A DNA stretch of 64,000 bases from Gordius albopunctatus (lineage: Eukaryota): assembly GCA_964276515.1 (NCBI GenBank), contig OZ193909.1:11656001-11720000 (forward strand). Reading direction: 5' to 3'. This document shows, piece after piece, positions 53,001 through 64,000 of the stretch; position 1 is the stretch's first letter; each line of letters starts with the position of its first letter. The position numbers and the translations under genes are program-made. Below the pieces are notes generated by a model. It saw only the letters and a program-made list of their open reading frames with translations, was not told the origin of the DNA and ran no database searches.

Positions 53001-56000
53001 TTTTTCATTTCAAACAATATAATATATAAAATTACAATTTATAATAGAAATCAGAGGGAAGTAGATGGAAATTGGACTTCAACAACATATTATTTTCAAA
53101 ATTATCATTTAATAAAGAAGAACGTCTATCCCCAAATATGAGTTTTCCTAAGCTGAAAAGCCTTTCAACAGGAGCACTAGATGGGAGGCAAACGTTATAT
53201 TTAAAAAAAAATTATTTGAAATGGGGGAAACTAGTTATATATTTCAAAAGATGTATTGTTTAGTTTTACAAAGTTCTCAATGATCTCTTTATTTGAATCT
53301 TCCCGTCTGATGTCAAGGAAATCCAACCCATTGTAAGTTTGGGGGTTCACATTTTCTGCATTCAATGGCAAGATAGAATTAATAGCTTTTAAGATTCTAT
53401 ATTTCTCCTCCTGATTTTTTGATAATCTTATCCAAGCCCAATCTGTTTTGAACATTGGATGCAGGACAGGTGCAATAATGTTGTCATCATCATACTGCCT
53501 TTAAATCTGCAGAGATGTGCCAGCAATTTTATAATCATATTTAAATTGAATTCAAGATACCAATAAGATTCCTTTAAATGTTTCCAATAGGTGATTGGAA
53601 TGTGTGGTTCTTTATTTACATTGTGAAGGAGTACAACTTTAAGGCTGTTTTTAAAAGCAATAAATCGACATGCATTCTCGTCGAAATATTGGCCAATTTA
53701 TCCAGATAACAAAAACACAAGTTTTTCGTGCACCTCAAAATATTGTTTGATAGTTGCATTCCGATTTTGAAGGATATCTTGAGCCCCGGGACAAGAAATG
53801 AACTCTAATGAACCCCGTTTCCAGACATAGTGGGATGAATTTTAATATGGAGTTTACGTAAGCGCGAATAAATTTAAATGGGGGTAAAACAAAAAATAAA
53901 ATAATGGACCTATAGATGAAATTTTATTCTACATGAATATTTTTCACTAAATATTAAAAATGCCGTGGCAATATAGCCTAAAAAACCTTGTTTATCTAAA
54001 AACCTGAAGGTTTTGGGAAAAAACTAAAAACAGAAGTGCAAAATTCTCTATCAGAATTATTGGTCTGATTGTGGGATGGAATCACAAAGTCAATATTTGT
54101 AGACCCGTGTTATTAATATATTATAAAATAACACGGTATTATCTGGGCAATTGAAAACATCAATATTTAAATGCCATCTTTTTCTAAAGCGAGTAAGTAT
54201 GTATTTGAAATTATTTTATATGAGAAAGCGTAAATTTGTAGTATATAATGTTTTAACTGAATCAAACTAAAGATGGATCTCGGATTTGCATCGTTTTCAA
54301 TTAAAAAGATATACACGGGTAAATATCAGGGTTGGCCTGCAAAAAACTTTGAACGAATTGTGATACCGTTCAAAGCGAGTGTTGGTCCTCACTTCTGCCA
54401 CATTTCATGGTAAGAAACAATAAAGGAGCCTATTCAGTTATTATAAATTCAGGTTAAAAAAGATTTATGTTTAGCACGAGGGTGACATTAAGGTTTTTGC
54501 CAAAAGGCTCTATAAATGAGCACAATATTTTCAATTTTGAATTAAAATAGAAACAAACACTCACACCATTTTCATTCTGTGAGGATCTCTAAAATAATCT
54601 CCTTCAAGTCTAGCCGATAGATCCTTATGAACAAGGCCTTGGAGTATAATCGAAGTGGCGCCCTTAGGTAAAAAAAACTTTACGAATTCTGTCGAGACGA
54701 TTTTCCGATGCCGTTATAAAATCTTGTTCTATTTATCACATTAATTTCCACTTAAGGGTGCTTGTTCCATTTTTCCAACGCCATGTTGAGAACGATTGAG
54801 CGCTTAGAATTAGAGGGCAACTTTTTTATGATAAAAAAACTTTTTTTAATATTTCCAAGATTCAGCATTGTTTTCGATCAGCTGCTGCATTTTTACACGC
54901 AGATATCCTTAAATTATACGAATCCATAGTTAAAAATCTCCTAGAAAAAATTCTAAACTTATCTTTCAATGATACTAGCTGGTTACAAACCACTCTTCCA
55001 ACTAAATTTGGAGGATTAGGAATAAGGTCACCCTTGACCATTAGCCTAGTTGCCTTTCTCTCGTCTTACAATTTAGTGAAAGATCTCGTTTTTAAATTGA
55101 CCACCCATACGGAAGATTTCTTAACGCAAACAGCTTTAACATCATGGCTTGAAAATGTAATGCCAGGAACCATTATTCCAAATTCAGTCAAACAACGAGA
55201 CTGGGATGCCAGTATAGTGTCACGCTCCGCCGCTTACCTTACTTTCGAGTTGTGACGCCGTACAGCACTTCAATCTCAGGTCACTAACGACTGACTCTGG
55301 TCACGAATGGCTGGAATGCATTCCGAGCAAGTTCTCTGCGCTCTTAGTCTCAAACCCCGAAATTACTTACGCGATCGCCTTGAGACCGGGGATCCCAATT
55401 TGCAAGCAATTGACTTGTAAAAATTGTAAGAAACAAATTGATGTTTGGGCCCATCACCCCTTACATTGTAAACTCAACAAATTCCGTTTCATTCGCCATC
55501 AAAAGATCAACCTTTTGATCCAAACCGCTTTACTAAAAGCCGGCTTCCCTTCCATTCTCGAACCATCAGAACCCACTCTTGAGGGTAGAATGCGCCCCGA
55601 TGGAACATCCACAATTCCATGGGATGATGGTAAGTTCCTATTTTGGGACTTTACCTGCATCGACGTATTTGCACCCTCTAACAATAAAGCTGACCCACTA
55701 GCTCTAGCGGAAACAAGCAAAACCAATAAATACCGTGATATAATCCCTTCTAAAATTTTTATCCCTATCGTGGCTTCCTGTTCCGCTACTTTTGGCAAAC
55801 AGGCATTAGCCTTTTTTAAATTGATAGGAAAGAGATCTCCCGAAGGAAAATACTCCGCAAGCTTTCTTTTGCGCCAAAAAATAGGAATTTTAATAGCCAA
55901 ATACAACTATAAGGCATTTTCCGACACCTGGCCCTCGATGAAGATGAAGAGTAGCCACGCATTTTATTTATTTATTGATCGTGTTTTATATTTTTATTAT

Positions 56001-59000
56001 ATATAGACTTCACCTAATAAAGATTTATATTAAAAAAAAGAAAAAAAATATATATATAACATTTTCAAAAATGGTTTGGAGAGTGTCGTCAGGCTATCCT
56101 TTTTAACGTATTGAAGATGTCGCTACGGTTTATATAGCTGGTTGAGAATACCCTATTGTTTCCTAACATGCTAAACTACGCGTGTTTTTACATATATATT
56201 TACAATATATGAGTTGGCCCCTCTGCCATTTCTTCCATATAAAATGTGGCAGAGTTATATGGGTGTTAGTCCTAGGAATAATAATCACCTCGATGGGTAC
56301 CACAAAATCCCACCCCGATATTTACACTTGCATATCCCTTTTAAATGAAAACAATGCAGTAGCCGAAATAAATCTTATTCAGATTGATCAAGCTAAAATA
56401 TTATAATCTACATATAAATGCGATCGCGAACAAATTTCTCAAATACACACTTTGCTCACGTTATACATTGATAGTCCGCCTATTGTTGACGTCTTAATTT
56501 TGATAATATAGCAAGCTTTTATCTTATAGTTTTAATTCGGATTAATGGAATTTTCTAAACTGACAATTTAAAATCGCATTATAACCATAAATCGCTCGTT
56601 GACAATATAATGAAGATGGAGATTTGAATCAATCATGGAAGTATTATGTAAAAAATATTAAATTCAAATGAAGATCTACAATAAATATTTCTAGATACTT
56701 TCAATATTTTTTACTGAGCCCATAAAACATAAATTTGATGACTAACATTTAGGATATATTTATAAAATAGCATTCTGCCAAATAAGGTGCTGTGCGTACA
56801 CTTACATTATTGAGCAGCATCAGGCATACTGAGAGACAGAAAAATAAATGAATATATAATGCCCACTAAACTATACTACTAATTCCATTAAAAGCTTTGT
56901 TTTTACTTAATGCCTCTTTACTAATATGTCCCACCTAGCCAGGGACATATTACTTTCTTTTGATTTAAAAGTTGTTCCCATTTTAACGATGCAAACCTCA
57001 AATAAATATACTAAAAATTATTATAGATGGAACAAGAGTAAACCTTCTAGCGTCATGGCGTTTATGAACAAATTGTTGACGCTATTTTTCCGAGCCATCA
57101 CGAGTTCTTGATAGATTTCTTCGCTAACCGCTTCGGGCTGCAACAAGAGGAGAGCCTTTTTGAGCAACGGTTTAATGTACACGTTATCGCCAATTAGTAA
57201 CCGACACTGATCTATGTGAAACAAATTTTCAAATCATTCGTTCGTAAAAAAATAAAAAGTACTTTGGAGCAAGAAGAAAACCCTAAAAATTCTATAATTG
57301 TTTAACAAAATTGATTAGTGATTTACTAAGGATTAGGAGTTATCAATAATTTACAGGTTCGATACAATTTTAACGATTAATAACAAATTTAATCCAAATT
57401 TGTGGCCTAGATAGAACCTAAACCAGTGGATACCCAACCTATTAGGCGCGTTATCTTGACATTAATATTGCCTTAAATTTTAATAAAATGCACTCATACA
57501 AACAATAAAGCATATATAGAGAGAAATTATATCAATTTATTAAAAATTTAATTACAGTCATCTTGACACATTCTTATATAATTTAAATAAAATTATCATG
57601 AGAGAACAACACATTTTATAGCATAAATAATAAATAGATGTAATATTGCCTGTTCATTTGTTTTCATTTCAAGCAATACCATATTTTGCACGATTTTTGA
57701 CGAAAATTATGAATTAGATGTGTCTTATGCAATCACAATTAATGTTTAATCTATTCTTTAACCATGCATTTCAAAGGTATCTGTACAACTGACTTAAACT
57801 AATTTTGAAAAATTGCTTAAGAAAAAAATGCCAGAATTTTTATAATAAAATCAAAAATACTTTAAAACAATATATATTTATATCAAAAAACGAAAGAAAA
57901 GGCCAAAAGTATTACAAAGTCACTTCTAACCTTAAGGTTTAATAACACATGTAATTTGAAGAAAAGATTCAAACAGGTCCCACAATTACTATGTTTAAAT
58001 CATTAGAACATACACTTAACTGGGTTAATATTCTAGAGAGCATACAATTTTGCTGCAATAAAAATGGCATTCACAAGCTTGGGTATCAGTTTTTTGACTT
58101 TTAGCTAATAAACTTACATAATCTTTTTACCCGGTTTGATGGGACCTTAGGATTATTAAACAAAATTTAACTTATGTATTAATATTTGCTGTTCCTTAAC
58201 AAATTTTAATGCTAAAGGCCTATCATAAAGTTTTTTGTTACCTTTAGTCCACTTTGTTAAGGTGTCCAGAGCTTTGTTGTAATTATAAGAGTTTTCCTTA
58301 GCAATATGATTCACCATATCTTGTGATAAATTGTATTGGTACAAGGAATTCTGGCTTTCAGCATTTATGCAAATAATTTTTTTAACAACGTTTATAAACT
58401 CCTAATTTTAAATAACACACGTATAGAAAATAAATAAATCAAAAAAATTATTTGGTTTCTATCTTTAAATTTTTCTATTAATAAACAATTTGCCCTTTAT
58501 AACATCTTTTAATGTTCATTTATTATATTTAACAAGAATAACATGTTATATTCAATTGCTATAATAGACATTAATTAAAAAATTTAGACATCAAAATTAA
58601 ACATAAAAATAGTTTATATGATTAATTGATTTCAACTTGAAAATATTTTTGTTTTTTACAATTACTGAGATCAATTTGTTTAATTTATCAAAAATATGTT
58701 GAACTATTAATTACAAAAATAATATAATGGAGGGAAAGGGGGGTGGAAAGTGTAAAATTCCCCCCCCCCCAAGAAAAATTAAAAAAAAGATTAATATTTA
58801 AATTAAATGGGTTGAATTATCATATTTTAGTTGCATAAAAGATTTTAAGACATTTATAAACACCCGTAAAGATAATACATACATATCCTATTCTTTATAT
58901 AACAATTTTTTAATCCATCAGATTAATAATATCTAGATAATACCCTGAATTTATCCAATAACATAGATAAAAATGGCTCACTTATCTATAAACAATTATG

Positions 59001-61375
59001 TAGATCAGTAGCATAGCCAAGCCCCCCCCCCCCGCCCCCAATCAAAAAAAAATATTTAAAAAAGACGTCACCAAACTGAAACCACCCAAAAGGAATGGAA
59101 TTTACCACTGATAGCACGCTCTGTAGCTTACCTCTCTTTGAACTACCTATCTTTGGGAAATCTCCACTTCAATTGGGCATCCTCCTGGGGTTACAAATGG
59201 CTCGAGGCCCTACCAAGCCAAAACCTAGGGTTACACTTGTCAGGCAAAGAACTTTGAATAGCTGTAGGCCTAAGCATCGGCTGCGACATTGTGTCCCCAA
59301 TCAACTGTGACCTCTTTCGCCAACCCGTTCTAGCAAACGGCCATCATCCTCAACACTGCCAATACAGCAAGGGGCAGCATCCCCGTCATGCCACAATAAA
59401 TAAAATAATCAAACAATTTTTGAAGAAAGCCAGCTTTCCCAAATCAATGGAACCGACTAGCCTAAGCTCCACTGATGGTAAAAGACCCAGAGGTGTAACA
59501 ATCATCCCGTGGGCCCGAGGCCTAAACGCCTGCTGGGACTTCACTGCAGTGGATATATCTACCAAATCTAACGCCTCTCCCAACCTCATCTCTTATACTG
59601 AGAGAAAGAAAGTGGAAAAATACAAATACTTCAGCAATATAATTTTTGTACCAGTAGAAGACACGACCCTTGGTAATTTAGGTCCCAAGGGCAGCCAAAT
59701 CCTTATAAAAACATCAAAATTTATAACCTCCATCACACACAATCCCATATAATTTTTCTACATCAAGCATAAAATCACCATGGAAATTGTAAAATCTAAT
59801 ACAATCCATAGCTCGATGCCAGCTTATTTATTTAATATCTTTTAGCATATAACATACATAATTATTTGGAAATAAACTTCTATCAATCAAAAAAATTAAA
59901 TTTATTAAAAGTATTTATAGTCAAAAAAAGACTAAGACACTTAAAAATACCTAGGGCTTATATATATACCCTTTATTTTTAAATTAAATTTTTGGCAAAA
60001 AAAGCTTTAACCACACTTTTTTGGCTCCCCAACACTTCATGCATCAATTATTGAAGGCTTATTCAGAAAATAAGATGTCTAGATATCAATGAAATGAATT
60101 GGCAATATGAAAAAACCATGGGTAATGCTCCTATTTCAGGTAAAATCTAAAAGGACAATTCCTGGGCATATGAAAAATCAGATAATTATGTATTAAAATG
60201 TTCCACATTCAATGCACTTGATTATATTTGTCTAAATTTTTCTGCCAGAACCAATAATGGTCTGATACCTAAATTGCTGGCCAGAGCCCTTGCAAACCCT
60301 TCTAAGAGTACGTTGGAATATGTGCAATTTTTGTTACTGTTTTATTTAAAAAATTCAAGAATTAAAAAAAAATATGATAAAATGCCTTAGATTTATTATT
60401 TTGGGCACAGTAGTAAGCCCATATTGCCTCAATCTTGTTATAATGCCTGCCCAGGTTTACCTAAAAATCAAAATTGACTTTTTGGTTGTTTAATCATTAT
60501 TTTAATTATAGATATAATTGTTCTTAAAAAATTTGCGGTCTTCCCCCCCCCCTCTAAGAAAACCTGACTATGCAGCTGATTTGCATATAATTAATAGTAT
60601 TTTATGTTAAAAATCTTTTGATAATCTTTTTAAAAATTTAGTTGGTCATATATATACATAATTTTTAAAACAATAATCACTTCATCCATGTTGTTTTCAA
60701 TAGTATCTAACTTCTTAAGTTCTTCAGGTGTTAGTAGATATTTTTTGAAAAACATTTTCACAAATGCACTTTTTTCTTTGAGGTTTTGTCTAAAAAAATA
60801 GATGAAAATGATAGCCATTTAGGGAAATAAATATATGCAATTATCTTTATTCTTTCATTATATGCAAACCTTTCAGACATCAATAGCTTGGCTTCATCAA
60901 TTATTTCATTTGTCTTTTTCTTTGTATTCTATAATTAGTAAACTCAGTAGTATCAAAAAGAAAGTTAGGAATATATATTAAACCAGATAATTCATTGCAA
61001 ATTATATTCATTTACATAAATCTGCTCTTCAATGTTACAACAATATTTTGCCATGGTCAAAATCTTGTTGTCAAAGATATCCATTAACTATAAAAAATGT
61101 TGTGCAAATGCATAATTATTTACATCTTTAATTTCTTTGAAGCCATCTAAAAATTTGAGACTTATATCTAAATTTTTGCTTTCAATGTTGCCTCTAAGGA
61201 AGCGTCGATTTTCCAAAGAATTTTCTTTGTAAAATTGACCCAATGCATGTAAAGCACTTTGTAACTCCTTACAATTTTCTTAAATATAAGACTTAACTAC
61301 CTTATCATCCAATAAATTAATTTGGAGGACTTTTTGTACTTTTTTATCCAAAGGGTTGTTATCGGGAAGGGCCAT
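35063..61375 (-). CDS. COG6: Conserved oligomeric Golgi complex subunit 6, 13 coding exons
   Basis: Exons on the minus strand, GT-AG and phase-consistent: 61375-61301, 61267-61124, 61087-61016, 60928-60870, 60789-60681, 58401-58242, 57211-57044, 40253-39997, 37534-37328, 36978-36844, 36356-36177, 35785-35520, 35225-35063. Motifs: [79 protein letters not shown]-terminal [10 protein letters not shown]. Confidence 0.96.
37596..38279. mobile_element. Probable non-autonomous Helentron/DINE-1-like element carrying a tRNA T-arm-like fragment
   Basis: Starts aataccg. Ends with GC hairpin ggggtctgggggcgaagccaccag and gcgtattata. Contains gtgggttcgaatccc at ~37713 and an internal ~45-bp duplication. 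Confidence 0.45.
38500..39965 (+). mobile_element. DIRS/hepadna-like RT retroelement, copy A (truncated at both ends, with terminal inverted duplication)
   Basis: GC-rich block. ORF 38892-39824 has [56 protein letters not shown]. 39692-39965 is the reverse complement of 38882-39155. Confidence 0.88.
41440..43221 (+). mobile_element. pogo/Tc1-mariner-like remnant(s)
   Basis: ORF 41967-42170 [20 protein letters not shown]...DWFSSFIQR resembles the CENP-B-type HTH. Terminus tagccccggtctcccct and internal GGGGCTA repeats. Left boundary uncertain. Confidence 0.55.
43260..44460 (-). mobile_element. piggyBac transposase remnant
   Basis: Peptides [46 protein letters not shown] and [21 protein letters not shown]. 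Confidence 0.85.
44467..44582 (+). repeat. Left 116-bp terminal direct repeat of copy B; first 71 nt form a hairpin
   Basis: Matches 46851-46966 with one mismatch (g/t). Confidence 0.95.
46851..46966 (+). repeat. Right 116-bp terminal direct repeat of copy B
   Basis: Matches 44467-44582. Overlaps the pol stop codon. Confidence 0.95.
47580..48800 (-). mobile_element. Degraded hAT transposase copy
   Basis: Peptide [16 protein letters not shown]. Sequence is a diverged reverse-complement relative of 49450-50920. Confidence 0.75.
49260..50920 (+). mobile_element. Degraded hAT (Ac/ZBED-like) transposase copy
   Basis: Peptides [31 protein letters not shown] and a dimerisation-region remnant. Confidence 0.88.
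51686..52433. mobile_element. Non-autonomous hAT (MITE)
   Basis: TIR CAGAGACCAGAT / ATCTGACCTCTG. 8-bp TSD atgtgacc at 51678-51685 and 52434-52441. TCGGGC subterminal repeats. Confidence 0.9.
52628..53800 (-). mobile_element. Degraded hAT transposon
   Basis: Terminus tagagctg with GAACTAGTTC repeats. Minus-strand peptides APVLHPMFK and [12 protein letters not shown]. Confidence 0.7.
54590..56048 (+). mobile_element. CRE-like non-LTR retrotransposon (restriction-like endonuclease type), 5'-truncated
   Basis: [11 protein letters not shown], zinc knuckle CKNC...HPLHC, RHQKIN, RPDG...PW...WDFTC (PD-D motif). AATAAA and an A-rich tail at ~56016-56048. Confidence 0.85.
59310..59895 (+). mobile_element. 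Second, divergent CRE-like non-LTR 3' fragment
   Basis: Peptides [46 protein letters not shown]-rich end. Confidence 0.8.
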
Positions 61376-61395
61376 ATGGGTTAAGCCTAGACTAC

Positions 61396-61568
61396 GGTGC
61401 CCTATCAACTCACCGAAAACCATCTCGCCGAATTTAATGTCCCCCGGCTAAAAAAGGTCCCCTTATTTAAAATCGCCCCCCATTCAATCAATCACAAAAT
61501 GGGGGACCTTTTTTTAACCGGGGACATTAAATTCGTCGAGATGGTTTTCGGAAAGTTGACGGGCCACC
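61396..61568. mobile_element. Fold-back MITE directly upstream of the COG6 start codon
   Basis: ~67-bp imperfect inverted arms (ggtgccctatcaact...aaggtcccc / ggggacctt...agttgacgggccacc) around a short spacer. Confidence 0.8.
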
Positions 61569-62254
61569 CTAATTTATAAATTAAAGAAAATAAGTAAATT
61601 AGAACAATAAATTATGCTGAATTCTATTGTTTGGTTAGAATTTCCCACAATATGTCGCTTGCTATATTTTCTGAAAAATTATCAGCTGTTCGGCAGTCTA
61701 TAGTTTTATTAGTCTATGGAAATATATAAATCGCGCACGTATTTATCAGTAAATGATATTAGTAATGATGAACATTTAAATTCAAGTTGATTCTCCTCAC
61801 TTAATCTTTCTCTTACCGTGCATATCCAAATCTCTTTCGAGGTAAATGAACTCCGTTTAATAGTTTCACTACAAATATATTTGATATTAAAAAAATATAT
61901 CTAAGTTTAGTAAATTTTATATATTTTTGAAAAAAAAAAATTTTGGCAATCATTTATCTAAGTATGATTGACCCTTAGGGTATGTGAATAATTTTATGAT
62001 ATATTTATCATATTTATTAAATATTTCAAATTTTAGGCTTAGAATGAGTTCTAGTAAATTTTACTAAAGCATATTGCAAGATGCGGTAATTATAAATTGG
62101 TAGTCAATCAATTTGAATAATTAACAAGTTAAGCTAATGTGGCCCAAGATTTTTGAGTGTTAAAAACCTTATGTTCTTAATCCTATAATAATGCTGCTTT
62201 TATAGTTGTATTATGATATTATCATTAAAAGTCACTCGCATATTGTGGTTTAGA

Positions 62255-64000
62255 AGGCCATAGTAAACAGCGGTCCCAAGTCCGTGTGCAAAAAGTGGAG
62301 GGTTGGCGTCAGGTCGAAAACCGGCCATAAAAACCAACTCTAAAATTATGATATTTTCAAACAAGATTTTACAAGAAAAGGCTAGGGCGTCCTCCACAAA
62401 CGAAGCACACTGCATACCCCGCCCGTGCAATGTGAAAAATACATTAGGGTTACTGCCTAACTCATAACTAAGGCGGTTAAGGAAACTACTTGTGAAAAGA
62501 ATGCAAATAGCTTGCTGGAATGTAGGAACGTTGACGGGGAAGAGCATCGAGGTCGCACAACTGCTAAAAATAAAAGGAAGGTGCACATCTCCTCCCTACA
62601 AGAGACGAGGTGGAAGGGAACCAAAGCCCAGGAGTTAGGAGAAGGGTACAAACTATTCTACAGTGAGTCATCAAAGCGTAGAAGCGGGGTTGGTATCGTT
62701 CTAAGCAAATCGTTCAAGGATAAGGTGGTCGAAGTCAAGCGTTGTTCCGACAGGCTAATGTGGGTGAAGATTGCCTACTAACCGTTATGTGCGCCTATGC
62801 TCCCCAAATTGGGTGTTTGAAATCAGAGAAAGACATATTCTTTGATTCATCGGAAAAGGAAATACAAGGAATAAGAATAAGACTGGAAGAAAGGCTAATT
62901 ATTGGGTCAGATTCCAACGCTAACGTAGGGAAAGATCGCCTCGGGTATGAACGCAATCATGGAGGCTATCGGCATGGTCTGAAGAATAAAGAAGGGGAAA
63001 ATTTCTCCAAGTATCCCAAGCATATGACATGGCGATCATTAACACATATTTTCAAAAACGCAAAGATCATATTGCGACCTATAGAAGTGGGAAGCATTTA
63101 GACAAATTGACTAATTGCTTATACGACGAAAGGACTTATTGAGTATCAAGGATTGCAAAGTAATACCGGGAGAAGAAATCGCCAGGCAACACCGTCCCCT
63201 TGTTATGGATCTTGACAGAAAAGTATTTCCCGAAAGAAGAAAGGTCTATGAACCTCGTTTTCGATACGAAAGACTAAAGGATACGTCGGCAAACGAAGAA
63301 TACCATCAAAAAGCCTCTCTCACTCTTGGGTGCAAGGAAGTTGTAAAGGGGCGTAGACGACGATTGGGAGACGCTATCTAATGACATTAATGAAACAGCG
63401 ATCCGTGTTCTAGGAAAGACCAAAAGAGGCAAAGCTATGAATAGGGAACTATGGTGGTGGGATCAATCGGTTAAAGATTTCATCGAAAGAAAGAAAAATC
63501 TATATAGACGGTGGCATAAATTAAAAAAGTCCCAAAATTATCAAGGGTACAGAGGCGCAAAGAGGGGCGCAAAAAAGGCCGTTGCAAAAGCAAAGAATGT
63601 CGCGTACACCGAGATGGCAAACAAACTGGATGATAAAGGGGGCGATAGGCTTATGTACGAATTAGCCAAGATAAGGGAGGAAAAAAGTCGCGATGTCGGA
63701 GTTCTTAAAATAGTCAAAAACACGAAGGGTGAAACCTTATTCAGCCGAAAGAAGTGATGGAAAGATGGAAAGGATATTTTAAGAAACTTATGAATATTGC
63801 AAATGACAAGGATTCCCTTCCCGAAATTGAGCCAAATATAAGTATGGTCGAACTCTTTCAGAATGATGAAGTTAGGACACAAATTAAGAAGATGCAAAAA
63901 GGAAAAGCAAATGACCCAGATGGAATACCTATGGAAGCATTGCTCGGATGTCGTGAAGAAGGAGTCAGCGCCATGACGAACCTCCTTAACAAGATATTGG
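62255..64000 (+). mobile_element. RTE-clade LINE, 5' portion (leader, APE endonuclease, start of RT), degraded; same family as 1-1728
   Basis: Peptides WNVGTLTGKS, LQETRWKG, GVGIVL, AYAPQIGC, DSNANVG. 62982-64000 aligns colinearly with window positions 1-972. Confidence 0.93.

Noticed and set aside
60380..60460. Possible extra COG6 exon after tttttag
   Set aside because: Translation does not match COG6, and exon 58401-58242 already supplies the expected segment.

Overview
AT-rich eukaryotic (invertebrate-like) genomic DNA. It holds two intact multi-exon genes: dynamin (+, 7719-22830) and COG6 (-, 61375-35063). Between them lies a decayed intron-containing RasGEF-like pseudogene. Transposons are dense: RTE LINEs at both window edges, several hATs/MITEs with 8-bp TSDs, a Mutator element nested in a Gypsy remnant, pogo, piggyBac and CRE-like non-LTR remnants. 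The most unusual content is two related but divergent GC-rich retroelements in COG6 introns (38.5-40.0 kb and 44.5-47.1 kb). The more complete one is gag-like + spacer + RT + RNase H in a ~2.4 kb unit (about 2.7 kb if an in-frame deletion is restored). It has no visible integrase, tyrosine recombinase or endonuclease, is bounded by 116-bp direct repeats that begin with a 71-nt hairpin, and shows RT/RH motifs between DIRS and hepadnavirus polymerases. Both copies end in an inverted duplicate of an internal RT segment. Other points: 33-45-nt introns, CpG depletion at the 5' end of both genes, and a fold-back MITE 20 bp upstream of the COG6 ATG. All homology calls come from recalled motifs, not database searches.
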